Shown one piece after another: positions 32,799-43,000 of a stretch of DNA of 64,000 nt (positions are counted from its first letter, which is position 1; the number at the start of each line of letters is the position of its first letter). The stretch lies in the NCBI GenBank assembly GCA_963845755.1, contig CAWJTV010000026.1, positions 163,846 through 227,845 on the forward strand, read 5' to 3'. The translations under genes and the position numbers were made by a program. This DNA comes from an uncultured Planctomycetota bacterium. GTDB taxonomy: Bacteria; Planctomycetota; Planctomycetia; Isosphaerales; Isosphaeraceae. The notes under the pieces are model-generated. The model was not told the DNA's origin. It ran no database searches and saw nothing but the letters and a program-made list of their open reading frames with translations.

Positions 32799-35700
32799 AT
32801 GTTCAACTTCTTGCGACTGAGGCCGGCTTTTCAAACTCCGTCGAGGCAACAGCGGCCCATCCGCAGGCGATTCCGGGGCCTCAACCCCTCGATCGAAGGT
32901 CTGGAGCACCGGATCGTGCTCTCCACGATCACGTGGGACAGCACGAACCATCCCACCGGCGGAAGTTGGGACACCGCCTCGAACTGGATCGGTGGAGTCG
33001 CCCCCGGTTCGACCGACGACGCCGTCATCAACCTGACTTCCACCGGCACAGTGACGCTCAGCACCGGCGTCACCGACACGGTTAACAGCCTGACCGCCAA
33101 TGCGAACACGAGCCTGGGCATCGACAGTGATACGCTGTCGCTGGCCACGACGTTGACGATCGGCGGCGGTCTGACGATGACCGGCGGTACGCTCACCGGT
33201 GCCGGCACGCTGACGGTCAACGGGGCATTGACCTGGACCGGTGGGACCATGTCGGGTTCTGGAACCACGGTCGCCAACGGTGGTCTGACGTTGGGCGGCA
33301 CGGCGACCAGCACGTACTACCTGGAGTACCTCTCGGCCCGCACGCTCAACAACTTCGGCACGGCCACGCTGGCCTCGTATTACGATTCCCATGGGTTGTA
33401 CATCGACAGCGGCGGCACGCTGAACAACGAGGCGGGGGCCAGCTTCACGTTGGTCAGCGATGCGCAGATCTTCAATAACGGCGGCAGTCCCGCGGGCGGG
33501 GCGTTCGTCAACGCCGGCACGCTGTCGAAGACCGGCGGGACGGGCACCAGCGCGATCGGGGTGACGCTCACCGACACCGGGCCCATCCAGGCCACGTCGG
33601 GCACGCTCGGCCTGTGGGGCGGCGGCACGACCTCCGGCGCCGCCACACTGACGGCCGGCGCGGGTGCCGACCTCGATTTCCACGGGGGGACATTCGCGGT
33701 GGCGGCTGGTTCCTCACTCTCCGGTGCCGGCACGATGAGCTTCAGCGGCGCCACAGTGACGGTGGCCGGCAGCTACAACGTCGCCGGTCAGACCTCTGTC
33801 AGCGGTGGTACGGTTGATTTCAATTCCTCGGCCACCGCCGAGACCCTCGCGCAGTCCGGCGGTACGCTCACCGGTGCCGGCACGCTGACGGTCAACGGGG
33901 CGTTGAGCTGGACCGGTGGGACCATGTCGGGTTCTGGAACCACGGTCGCCAACGGTGGTCTGACGTTGGGCGGCACGGCGACCAGCACGTACTACCTGGA
34001 GTACCTCTCGGCCCGCACGCTCAACAACTTCGGCACGGCCACGCTGGCCTCGTATTACGATTCCCATGGGTTGTACATCGACAGCGGCGGCACGCTGAAC
34101 AACGAGGCGGGGGCCAGCTTCACGTTGGTCAGCGATGCGCAGATCTTCAATAACGGCGGCAGTCCCGCGGGCGGGACGTTCGTCAACGCCGGCACGCTGT
34201 CGAAGACCGGCGGGACGGGCACCAGCACGATCGGCGTCGCGCTCAACAACGCCGGCACGATCCAGGCCGCCTCGGGCACACTCTACATTCAGGGGACGTT
34301 CAGCAACTACGCGTCGGCAACCCACACGCTGACCGGTGGGAGTTATATCGTCTCGGCGACCTTGCAGTTTCCTGATGCCGACATCGTCACCAACGCGTCG
34401 GCGATCACCTTGAGCGGAACGGCATCGCAGATCGTTGACACCAGCAGTCTCGACGCCTTGCGACACTTTGCCACAAACACCTCCGACGGGAGTCTTACTC
34501 TCCTGGGCGGCCGCAACCTCACGACTCCCGGTGCCTTCAGCAATGCTGGCGCCGTGACCGTCGGCGCGGGCAGTACGTTCACCGCGACAGGCGCTTACAC
34601 GCAGTCGGGCGGCAGTACCAACCTGGCCGGCGGAGCACTCACCTCGACGACCAGCACTGTCTCCATCAATGGTGGTCTGCTGGGCGGTTCGGGAACCGTC
34701 AACGGCAATGTCAACAACTCCGGCCAGGTCATTCCCGGCGGAGTCGGCGCCATTGGTGTCCTCGACATCACGGGAACCTACACGCAGACCTCGTCCGGCA
34801 GCACGACCATCAACCTCGGCGGAACGACCCCGGGGACCGGGTATAGCCAGTTGACCGTCGGTGGACTGGCCACGCTCGCTGGCGATCTCGACGTCAACCT
34901 GGTCAACGGTTTTGCTCCGGCCAACAATAACACCTTCCAGGTGTTGAACTACAATTCGCACAGTGGGCAGTTCGCGAACATCGTCCTCGAAAACTTCCCC
35001 GCTGGAATCACGCTCAACGCCAATTACCATGCCAGCGACCTGACCCTCACGGCCAGCGTTGTTCCTGTGCTGACCTCGATCGCTGTGACGCCGGTCACCC
35101 CATCGGTCGCCCTGGGCCTCACCCAGCAGTTCACGGCCACCGGCACCTATTCCGACAACTCGACCGCCGACCTCACCAACGAGGTTACCTGGGTGTCGGC
35201 AGACATCTCGGTGGCGACCATCTCCAACACGTCGGGCTCGGAGGGACTGGCCGCGACCCTGGCGCAAGGCACCTCGAAGATCACCGCCACACTGGGTAGC
35301 ATCAGCAACTCGACCACGCTGACGGTGACCCCCGCCGTGGTGGCCTCGATCTTGGTGACGCCCGCCAACCCGATCATCGCCAAGGGATCGACGCAGCCGT
35401 TCACGGCGACCGGTACCTATACCGATGGCTCGACGGCCGATCTCACCAGCTCGGTGACCTGGACCTCGTCGGACCTCACGATCGCAACCATCTCCAGCAG
35501 CGGCCTGGCCTCGGCGCTGGGCGCAGGGTCGACGATCATCAAGGCGGCCGAAGGCTCAGTATTCGGCACGACGACGCTGACCGTCACCGCCTCGACGCTG
35601 ACCGCGATCGCCGTGACGCCGTCGAACCCGAGCATCACCGCGGGAACCACCCAGCAATTCACGGCGACCGGCACCTACTCCGACGGCTCGACCGGGGATC

Positions 35701-36383
35701 TCACCGGTTCGGTCGCCTGGACTTCGTCGAACACCGGGGTCGCGACAATCGACGGTACGGGCCTGGCCACGGCGGTGAGCATGGGCCTGGCGACGATCAC
35801 GGCGACCTCCGGCAGTGTCAGCGGCGCGGCGACGATGACGGTCAACCCCGCGGTGATTTCCACGGTCTCGGCATCGTGGGGTACCGCGGGGTCCGCGTCG
35901 CTGGAGACCGCGGCCGATGGACTTCGTCTCCTGCCGGTCGGGCGCAATACCGATCTCCCCTGGCTGGGAGTCAACCAGCTCAGCATCACGCTGAACGGGT
36001 CCGTGAGCCTGGCGAGCGGCGACATTGTCGTTACCAGCGCGATCGGGACCCAGTACGGCCCGGTCACGATCTCCGGTTCCGGCGGGCATTATGTGATCAC
36101 GCTGGCCCGGCCGATTTCCAAGGCGGACCGCGTGACCCTCACGATCGGCAACTCCCAGATCGCGACCTACACCCGGCGCCTTGATGTGCTGCCGGGCGAC
36201 GTCAACGACGATGGCGTGGTCGCCATGCAGGACGCCCTGTTGATTCGCAACCAGTACCTCGGCTTCGCGCCGGTGGCCATCCCGACCCTCTTCCTCGATG
36301 TCAACGGCGACGGCGCGATCGACCTCAGCGACTTCAAGCTCGTGCGCGTCCGCGTCGGCAGCAAGCTTCCAGCCTTGATCTGA
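32799..36383 (+). CDS. Large secreted adhesin-like protein: planctomycete leader, Gly/Thr beta-helix-like repeats, Ig-like (Big_2) domains, C-terminal type I dockerin
   Basis: EGLEHRIVLS leader; three VTP...QQFTATGTYSD.ST.DLT..V.W.S repeats; GDVNDDGVVAMQD...DVNGDGAIDLSD. Confidence 0.9.
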   Translation: MFNFLRLRPAFQTPSRQQRPIRRRFRGLNPSIEGLEHRIVLSTITWDSTNHPTGGSWDTASNWIGGVAPGSTDDAVINLTSTGTVTLSTGVTDTVNSLTANANTSLGIDSDTLSLATTLTIGGGLTMTGGTLTGAGTLTVNGALTWTGGTMSGSGTTVANGGLTLGGTATSTYYLEYLSARTLNNFGTATLASYYDSHGLYIDSGGTLNNEAGASFTLVSDAQIFNNGGSPAGGAFVNAGTLSKTGGTGTSAIGVTLTDTGPIQATSGTLGLWGGGTTSGAATLTAGAGADLDFHGGTFAVAAGSSLSGAGTMSFSGATVTVAGSYNVAGQTSVSGGTVDFNSSATAETLAQSGGTLTGAGTLTVNGALSWTGGTMSGSGTTVANGGLTLGGTATSTYYLEYLSARTLNNFGTATLASYYDSHGLYIDSGGTLNNEAGASFTLVSDAQIFNNGGSPAGGTFVNAGTLSKTGGTGTSTIGVALNNAGTIQAASGTLYIQGTFSNYASATHTLTGGSYIVSATLQFPDADIVTNASAITLSGTASQIVDTSSLDALRHFATNTSDGSLTLLGGRNLTTPGAFSNAGAVTVGAGSTFTATGAYTQSGGSTNLAGGALTSTTSTVSINGGLLGGSGTVNGNVNNSGQVIPGGVGAIGVLDITGTYTQTSSGSTTINLGGTTPGTGYSQLTVGGLATLAGDLDVNLVNGFAPANNNTFQVLNYNSHSGQFANIVLENFPAGITLNANYHASDLTLTASVVPVLTSIAVTPVTPSVALGLTQQFTATGTYSDNSTADLTNEVTWVSADISVATISNTSGSEGLAATLAQGTSKITATLGSISNSTTLTVTPAVVASILVTPANPIIAKGSTQPFTATGTYTDGSTADLTSSVTWTSSDLTIATISSSGLASALGAGSTIIKAAEGSVFGTTTLTVTASTLTAIAVTPSNPSITAGTTQQFTATGTYSDGSTGDLTGSVAWTSSNTGVATIDGTGLATAVSMGLATITATSGSVSGAATMTVNPAVISTVSASWGTAGSASLETAADGLRLLPVGRNTDLPWLGVNQLSITLNGSVSLASGDIVVTSAIGTQYGPVTISGSGGHYVITLARPISKADRVTLTIGNSQIATYTRRLDVLPGDVNDDGVVAMQDALLIRNQYLGFAPVAIPTLFLDVNGDGAIDLSDFKLVRVRVGSKLPALI
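33181..34226 (+). repeat. Near-identical ~370-bp intragenic duplication (33181-33551 and 33856-34226)
   Basis: Same DNA at offset 675 with only a few substitutions. Confidence 0.92.
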
Positions 36384-36420
36384 ACGGGAATCCCTCTGAC
36401 CAGCCGAAAGAGAATCAACC

Positions 36421-37140
36421 ATGACTTCAGTCCACCGCCGGTTTCCGATTTCGGTCCGCAATCGCCTTGTGAGCCTCTGGGCCCTCTCGGTTCTGACGAC
36501 CCTGATGCTGGGCGTCTGGCCGACGCCGGTCTCTGCGGGCTTGATCCTGCAAGTCCAGGACGTTGCCGCTCAGTCCGGAGGGACCGGCTCGTTTGATGTG
36601 GTGATCTACGCCACGTCGGGCTCATTCGATGTGTCGGGGTTCCAGGTCGAGTTATCGGTTGACAGCGGATCCGGCGTGACCTTCACGGGGGCAAGCGTCA
36701 ACACCACGACCGCGCCCTACCTCTTCACGACGCTCCAGTCACCCCCACCGTTCGTTCTCGGTCTCTTGCCGAGCAACGATCTGATCGTCGCCGATGGGGA
36801 CCTGACGGCGCCCGGTTTCGTGACCGTCTCGAGCTCCCCAGCAGTGACCTTCGGCATCGAGCACGTCAGGTTCGACGTGGCGGCCGGCACGCCCGCCGGA
36901 GCCGTCACCGTCTCGATCCTGACCGACCCTGACGGCCTCACGCAGATCAATGACCTCACTGGCGACTTACTCCCCTTCACGGCGAGGAATGGCACCATCA
37001 CCATCGGAACGTCCGCGGTCCCCGAGCCCTCGTCGTTGCTCATGGGGATCATCGCCGCGACGGGCCTGGTTTTCATCAAACGACTGAGGATTCCTCGGGT
37101 GCCGTCTTCGTCAGCCTGGGCTTCGCGAGATCGAAAGTGA
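36421..37140 (+). CDS. PEP-CTERM protein with cohesin-like domain
   Basis: Signal peptide; all-beta domain ending NGTITI; VPEPSSL + TM + KRLR. Confidence 0.82.
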   Translation: MTSVHRRFPISVRNRLVSLWALSVLTTLMLGVWPTPVSAGLILQVQDVAAQSGGTGSFDVVIYATSGSFDVSGFQVELSVDSGSGVTFTGASVNTTTAPYLFTTLQSPPPFVLGLLPSNDLIVADGDLTAPGFVTVSSSPAVTFGIEHVRFDVAAGTPAGAVTVSILTDPDGLTQINDLTGDLLPFTARNGTITIGTSAVPEPSSLLMGIIAATGLVFIKRLRIPRVPSSSAWASRDRK

Positions 37141-37290
37141 GAGCTCCGGAATGGGCCACGGACGACGTGGCCTCTGGCCTGCTGAACCCAATGCGTGATG
37201 TCCTTCCGAGGGATGCGACTGGTCGGCGTTCCCGTTGAACGTGTTCGACCAGGCCGTCCCGCTCCCGCTCGCACCGAAGGAGGTGCTTCC

Positions 37291-38022
37291 TTGAATCATT
37301 CCTTCCGTCATTATATTCTCGCCGTGGCAGCGTTCGCGATCCTGGCTCAGTCGCAGGCACACGCCGAGCCGATCGTCGCGGGCGTCACCAACTTCCCGAT
37401 CGCGGCGATCCAGGACGTGGAATTGTTGCCCGGCACACCCTTCAATCCCAATAACTTCGCGATCACCATCACCGACCTGACGGCGATCGGGAGTTTCTCG
37501 ATCGACCGGGCAGCTCAGGTCGGCTCGACGATCAACTACTCAGGCATCGACGCCTACTTCACCGCGGCAAGTTCACCGATCGGGCCCTTCGAGCTCGGCG
37601 CCGGTCCTACGATTGGAATCGGCGGCTTCTCGGGCAGCATCGCCAATGTCGTCCAGAACCCGCTCGATCCCGGATTCAGCACCGGGCAGCCTTCCAGCTT
37701 CGCATCGGGTGATCTCCTGGCGGACGTGTCTCAGTTCGGTCTGCGGGTCGGGGGCCAGCTCCTTTTCACCAAGGACGCGGTCACCTTCACCGGCCCGCTT
37801 GACGGCCTACCCCCTTCTCTGGGCACCACGCTCGTGAGCTCCGATCGCGTTGCCGTCTACTGGACCAACCCGGCCGACAGTTCCGATCTCCTGGTGGGAT
37901 ACAGCTTCGACCGTCGCCTGACCTCGATCCCCGAACCATCGAGCCTGATGCTCCTGGCCTTGGGGATTTCGGTCCTCTCGGTCTGGGGCCGGCTTTGCCG
38001 GTCGGCTCGTGGATTCTCATGA
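37291..38022 (+). CDS. PEP-CTERM protein
   Basis: AAGGAGGT RBS, TTG start, signal peptide (AQSQAHA), IPEPSSLMLLALG + basic tail. Confidence 0.85.
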   Translation: MNHSFRHYILAVAAFAILAQSQAHAEPIVAGVTNFPIAAIQDVELLPGTPFNPNNFAITITDLTAIGSFSIDRAAQVGSTINYSGIDAYFTAASSPIGPFELGAGPTIGIGGFSGSIANVVQNPLDPGFSTGQPSSFASGDLLADVSQFGLRVGGQLLFTKDAVTFTGPLDGLPPSLGTTLVSSDRVAVYWTNPADSSDLLVGYSFDRRLTSIPEPSSLMLLALGISVLSVWGRLCRSARGFS

Positions 38023-38254
38023 ATCCCAGGGTCGAAGGCATCGATGCGATTGTCTCGCGATCGTGGGCACAAGTCGTCGTCCCCAGACAGAGGGTGTCGA
38101 TTTGCCACGAGTCCGGCGCCTCGAATCGGCTTTCCTCGGTGATCCCCGTTGATGCTGTTGGCGAGCAGGCCCCGAGTCGATCGAGGTAGATTCCGGCTTC
38201 GCCAGCCAGTAGAGTCATCCTCCGGAGGATCCCTGCGCCGTGCCGCGCGTCTGG

Positions 38255-38355
38255 GGAATTCGGGATTCCCGATTCGAGATTCCGGATTCCCGATTCCCAA
38301 GGGAACGATTTCTGGATCCGGAATCTTGAATCGGGAATCTCGAATCACGAATTCC
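38255..38355. repeat. Inverted array of GATTCnn heptamer repeats
   Basis: GATTCCC/GATTCGA/GATTCCG units facing nnGAATC units, forming a long imperfect hairpin. Confidence 0.75.
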
Positions 38356-38406
38356 TCTCTGGTTGCGGCCGGAAGCCGCGTTCGGATGGAGGTCGCGTCG
38401 AATCCC

Positions 38407-39618
38407 GTGCAGTCGAGTTTGCGCGAGCGCCTGGCCGTCAACGCATCCCGCCTCCGCCCGTGGCCGGACCGACCGGTCGGCGTTGCGCTGGTGATCACCG
38501 ACCTGGACGTGGGCGGCGCCGAGCGTGCCCTGACCGCGCTGGCGACCCGGCTGGCGCCATCGCGCTGGCGCGTCGGAGTCTTTTGTCTGGCGGGGCCGGG
38601 CCGGCTGGCCGAGGTGATCCGCGGGGCCGGGGTCTCGTGCGAATGCCTGGGCGTGAGCCGTCAACGTCCCGTGCAGGCGATCGCCCGGCTGGCGGGCCGG
38701 CTGCGCCGGTTCGGCCCGGAGCTGGTGCAGAGCTACCTGTTCCACGCGAACCTGGCGACCCGGCTGGCGGCGCCGTGGGCTGGCCGGCCGTGGGTCGTCG
38801 GCGGCCTGCGGGTGGCCGAACGCCAGCGACGCTGGCATCTGGCCCTCGATCGCTGGACCATCCGACTGGCCGCCGGGTCGGTCTGCGTCTCGCAGGGAGT
38901 GCTACGATTCAGCCGCGACGTCGTCGGGATCGAACCGACGCGGTTGATCGTCATCCCCAACGGGATCGACCCCGCGCCTTATGACAAAGCGGAACCGGTC
39001 CCGCGCGCGGCGATCGGCGTGCCCGCCGACGCTCATCTGGCGCTCTGCGTCGGCCGGCTCGACCCGCAGAAAGGGTTGCCCGACCTCCTCGACGCGGCGG
39101 AGCGACTCATCGAGCGGCGGTCCGACTGGTATCTGGCACTGGCCGGCGACGGGCCGGACCGCGATTGGCTGCTGGGACAGCTCTCCGGGCGGCCCGCCCT
39201 GCGCGACCGGATCCGATGGCTGGGCCCTCGCGAGGATGTCCCCGGCCTGCTCCGGTCGGCCGACTTGCTGGTGCATCCCTCCCACTGGGAAGGCATGCCC
39301 AACGCCGTCCTCGAAGCCATGGCGGCGCGACTTCCGGTCGTGGGGACGGCCGTCGAGGGGACAGAAGACCTGGTCGTCCCCGGCCGGACCGGCTGGCTCG
39401 TCCCGCCTCGTGATCCGGCCGCCCTGAGCCGGGCCCTCGACGAGGCCGCCGAGGATCCTGAACGCTGCCGCCGCTATGGAGAAGCCGCCCGTCGTCGCGT
39501 CGAGGACGAATTCTCGATCGAAGCCGTCGTCACGGCTTATGAGCACCTCTGGGCGGCGATCCTCGGCCTGCGCCTCGCACCGGGAGTCACGAGTCCGATC
39601 TTGCGAGGTCCCGCTTGA
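38407..39618 (+). CDS. Glycosyltransferase family 4
   Basis: DLDVGGAE, IPNGID, VGRLDPQKG, WEGMPNAVLEAMAA. Confidence 0.92.
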   Translation: MQSSLRERLAVNASRLRPWPDRPVGVALVITDLDVGGAERALTALATRLAPSRWRVGVFCLAGPGRLAEVIRGAGVSCECLGVSRQRPVQAIARLAGRLRRFGPELVQSYLFHANLATRLAAPWAGRPWVVGGLRVAERQRRWHLALDRWTIRLAAGSVCVSQGVLRFSRDVVGIEPTRLIVIPNGIDPAPYDKAEPVPRAAIGVPADAHLALCVGRLDPQKGLPDLLDAAERLIERRSDWYLALAGDGPDRDWLLGQLSGRPALRDRIRWLGPREDVPGLLRSADLLVHPSHWEGMPNAVLEAMAARLPVVGTAVEGTEDLVVPGRTGWLVPPRDPAALSRALDEAAEDPERCRRYGEAARRRVEDEFSIEAVVTAYEHLWAAILGLRLAPGVTSPILRGPA

Positions 39619-39662
39619 CATGACGACAACCTGTCGTCAGTATTGACGACAACCCGTAGTCA
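39615..39662 (+). promoter_or_regulatory. Promoter with two tandem BlaI/MecI-type operators
   Basis: TTGACA at 39615-39620 followed by TGACGACA-ACC-TGTCGTCA (39621-39639) and TGACGACA-ACC-CGTAGTCA (39644-39662). Confidence 0.8.
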
Positions 39663-39672
39663 AGGGGGAATC

Positions 39673-40084
39673 ATGACGGAGCAACGAGGCGAGCTGCCCG
39701 AGCTGACTCCGGCTCAGGGCGAGATCATGGAGATCATCTGGGATTGCGGAGAGGTCTCCGCCAGCGAGGTGCGGCGGATCCTCGCGCGCACGCGGGAGGT
39801 CGCGCGCAACACGGTGCGTACGTTGCTGGAGCGCATGGAGGAAAAAGGTTGGATTACGCATCGGGAAGAGGGCCGGACGTTCCTCTACGCGGCGGCCCAA
39901 CCGCGCGAGGCCACCATCGGGCAGAAGGTCCAGGAGATCGTCGAGACGGTCTGCGGCGGATCGGCAGAAGCCCTGGTCACCGCGCGTGCTCGACTATCGC
40001 GGGCTCAATGCCGGCGAGCTGATGAGGATCCGTCAGATGCTCGCCCAGGCCCGAGCGACCAAGAAAGAGAAGGGAGATTCGTGA
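39673..40084 (+). CDS. BlaI/MecI/CopY family repressor (frameshift near 39985)
   Basis: EIMEIIWD...ARNTVRTLLERMEEKGWI...GRTFLY; corrected frame ends in TGA overlapping next ATG. Confidence 0.9.
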
Positions 40085-43000
40085 TGTCAACCCTGATGAA
40101 CGAGTATCCCGGCGACCGAGCACTCAATTGTTTCCTGATCGTCGCGCTCGGGGTCGCGGTCCTGTCCAGTGCGGCGTGGGTCGTCTCCTGGCGGCTGCCA
40201 AGACGGCCGGCGACCCGGCATCTCGTCCTGGTCTCGGCGCTCTTCTGCTGCCTGGGGATGCCGCTCCTGGCGATGATCTTCACCGCGACGGGCTGGACGC
40301 TCATTGCCATCCCGCTGTTGACCGATCCGCCGGCGGGGTCGGAACCGGATCGAGCACTGGTCATGGCGGCTCACACTTGGGTTGGGCCCGCGACGCACGG
40401 GTCCGCCGAGTCCATCGTGAAGCGGCGTCTTTCTCCGCAGACGGAGGCCCTCCTGGGGGCATCGCCCTCCGGGCTCGACCCCAGCCACCGCGGATCTGGA
40501 GAGTCAACGCATCGGGCCGCTGGGGTCGCGGTCGGCTCCGGCGGCAAGCCCCCGGAAGTGCCCGATCTCGAGCGAGGCATCAACCCCGGCGCAGGGTCGG
40601 CGCGCTATCGAGCTGCCGCCACGCTTGTTCTCATCGCATGGGGCTTCGGCAGCGTGCTCCTGCTGCTCAACCTCGCGCGGAACTACGGGCTCATCCGCCG
40701 GCTTTGCCGCGCAACGAGCTCGATGGGTGTGGAAGCGCTCCAGCTCATGGTGGATGACGTTAGTCGATTACTCGATGTCCGGCGGCTGCCGAGGGTCGTC
40801 GTCTCGCGACGGGTGATGACGCCGTTTGCCGTCGGGTTCCGTTCAACCGATCGTCGTCCTCCCGGAGCGATTACTCGGGGCGGTCAGCGTTGAAGAGATG
40901 CGGGACGTGCTCATGCACGAGATGGCCCACATCCGGCGGCGCGACCACCTGATCGTCCTGCTGCAAGAGCTGGCGCGGGCGTTGTACTGGCCGATCGTCA
41001 CGGTGCACGGCCTGATTCGTGAGCTGGGTCAGGCCCGTGAGGAATTGTGTGACAACCACGTGCTGCGCGACCGCGATGCCTTGAGCTATGGCGAGACTCT
41101 GCTGCACCTGGCCGAGCTGTCGTGGGAAGCCCGGCCGCTGAGAACCACCGTCGGAATCCTGCATTGGAAGGGCGCGCTGGAACGTCGGATCGCGGGGCTT
41201 CTGGATCAGAGGAGGAGCACGATGACGGGGAACAGTCGGTGGCTGGCAGGCTTCGTCGTGCTGCTGTTCCTCGGCGGCGGAACGATCGCCGCGGCGACGC
41301 GGTTTATCGCGGCGGAAGCGCCCGGCAATCCGCCGCAGGCTCCGGCCGTAGTTCAGGCCGACTCGAAAGACACGACGAAGAAGGACGCGGGGGATGCGAA
41401 GCCGAAACCCAAGCCGGCACCGAATCCGCCCGTCAGGCGATCGATTCTGATCCGCGCCGTCGGGCCGGATGGAAAGCCGATGGCCGGGGTTGACATCACT
41501 CGTTCCGTCTGGACGAAAAAGCCGATCGATGCCGCCAACCTCGACCGGGCGACCGATGAGCGGGGTGAGGTCCGCTTCGACGTGCCGGAGACGACCTTCA
41601 TCTACCGCCTCTGGGCCAGTGCCCCGGGATACGTCTCGATGTTCGCGGGCTGGGAGGAGCCAGAGCATCCGGAGCAATCCTTACCCGAGGAATTCACCTT
41701 CCGGCTCAAGAAGGGGACCGTGATCGGCGGCATCGTCCGCGATCAGGATGGTAAACCGATCAAAGGGACGAAGGTGGAGGTCCGGTATGAAAGTGGCGGC
41801 GAGGCGGACGGCCGCGCCGAGCCCAACACGTGGCTGGCCATAGGAGGTGACGCGCGGACGACCGATGCCGAGGGACGCTGGTCGCTGGACAACGTGCCGG
41901 CCGGGGACAAGGTGAAAGTCCGTCTCAATCTGAACCACCCGGATTACATTTCCGACCGGGACTTCGGCGGCTTGCAAGAAAAACAGGGCGTGACGATGCA
42001 AGCCCTTCGCGCCCGCACGGCCACGATCACGATGCAAAGCGGTGTCTCGGTCACGGGCACCGTCACCGATCCGGAAGGCCAGCCGGTCGCCGGGGCGATC
42101 GTCGTCCGGGGTGAACACCCCTACTGGGAATGGGGCAGCCAGGAAGTGCGGACCGACGCGCGCGGCGTCTACCGGCTGCCGTCGCTGCCGCGCGGGCCGC
42201 TGACGATCACGGCCGTCGCTCCGGGCTGGATGCCGATGCAAACGCAGGTCGACCTCCAGCCCGGTCTCAAGCCGGTCGATTTCTTGCTTGAGCCGGGCAA
42301 GGAGCTGCGAATCCGCTTCATCGACCGGCTCGGGCAGCCGATTCCGGGCGTCAGCGTGCAGCTCGGCCAATGGCGCGGCAACGAGGCGCTTTACAATCAC
42401 CGGCATCCGAATGTCCTCGATACCCAGATCCCCTATCAGTCCAACGAAGCTGGTTCTTACCAGTGGGCCTGGGCTCCGGATGACGCCGTGACGTACACGT
42501 TCTGGAAAGAGGGCTATCAGTCTCGCAACGCCACTCTCGTCGCGGACGGCAAGGAGCAGACGATCACGCTCCAGGCGATCCTGCGGATCACGGGCAAGGT
42601 CACGGATGCTGCCACGGGGCAGCCGATCGACCGATTCACCGCGATACCCGTTTTCGAGTTCTCGCCGAGCGCTGTCCACGTCGATCGGCAGCACTACCGG
42701 GTGTTCTCCGGCGGGACCTACACGATCGAGGGCAACCCGAACCAGACCGACGCCGCCTACCGCGTACGGATCGAGGCCGAGGGCTACCGGACGGCCATGA
42801 GCGATGCGTTTCGCGTTGGCGCGGCCCGGCCGACTTTCGATTTCCGGCTCGAGCGGGCACCGGCCGTGAGGGGCCGCGTCGTCAACGCGCAGGGCAAGCC
42901 CGCCGCCGGTGCCCGGGTCTATCTGGCCACGGCCTCGCAACGGTTCACGAACCAGGGGGAGCATGAGAACTCCTTGTCCGCCAACCAGAAAGTCCTTAGC

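Noticed and set aside
39643..40893. BlaI-M56 fusion protein implied by the ORF track
   Set aside because: An artefact of an indel near 39985; the corrected BlaI ends at a TGA overlapping the M56 ATG at 40084
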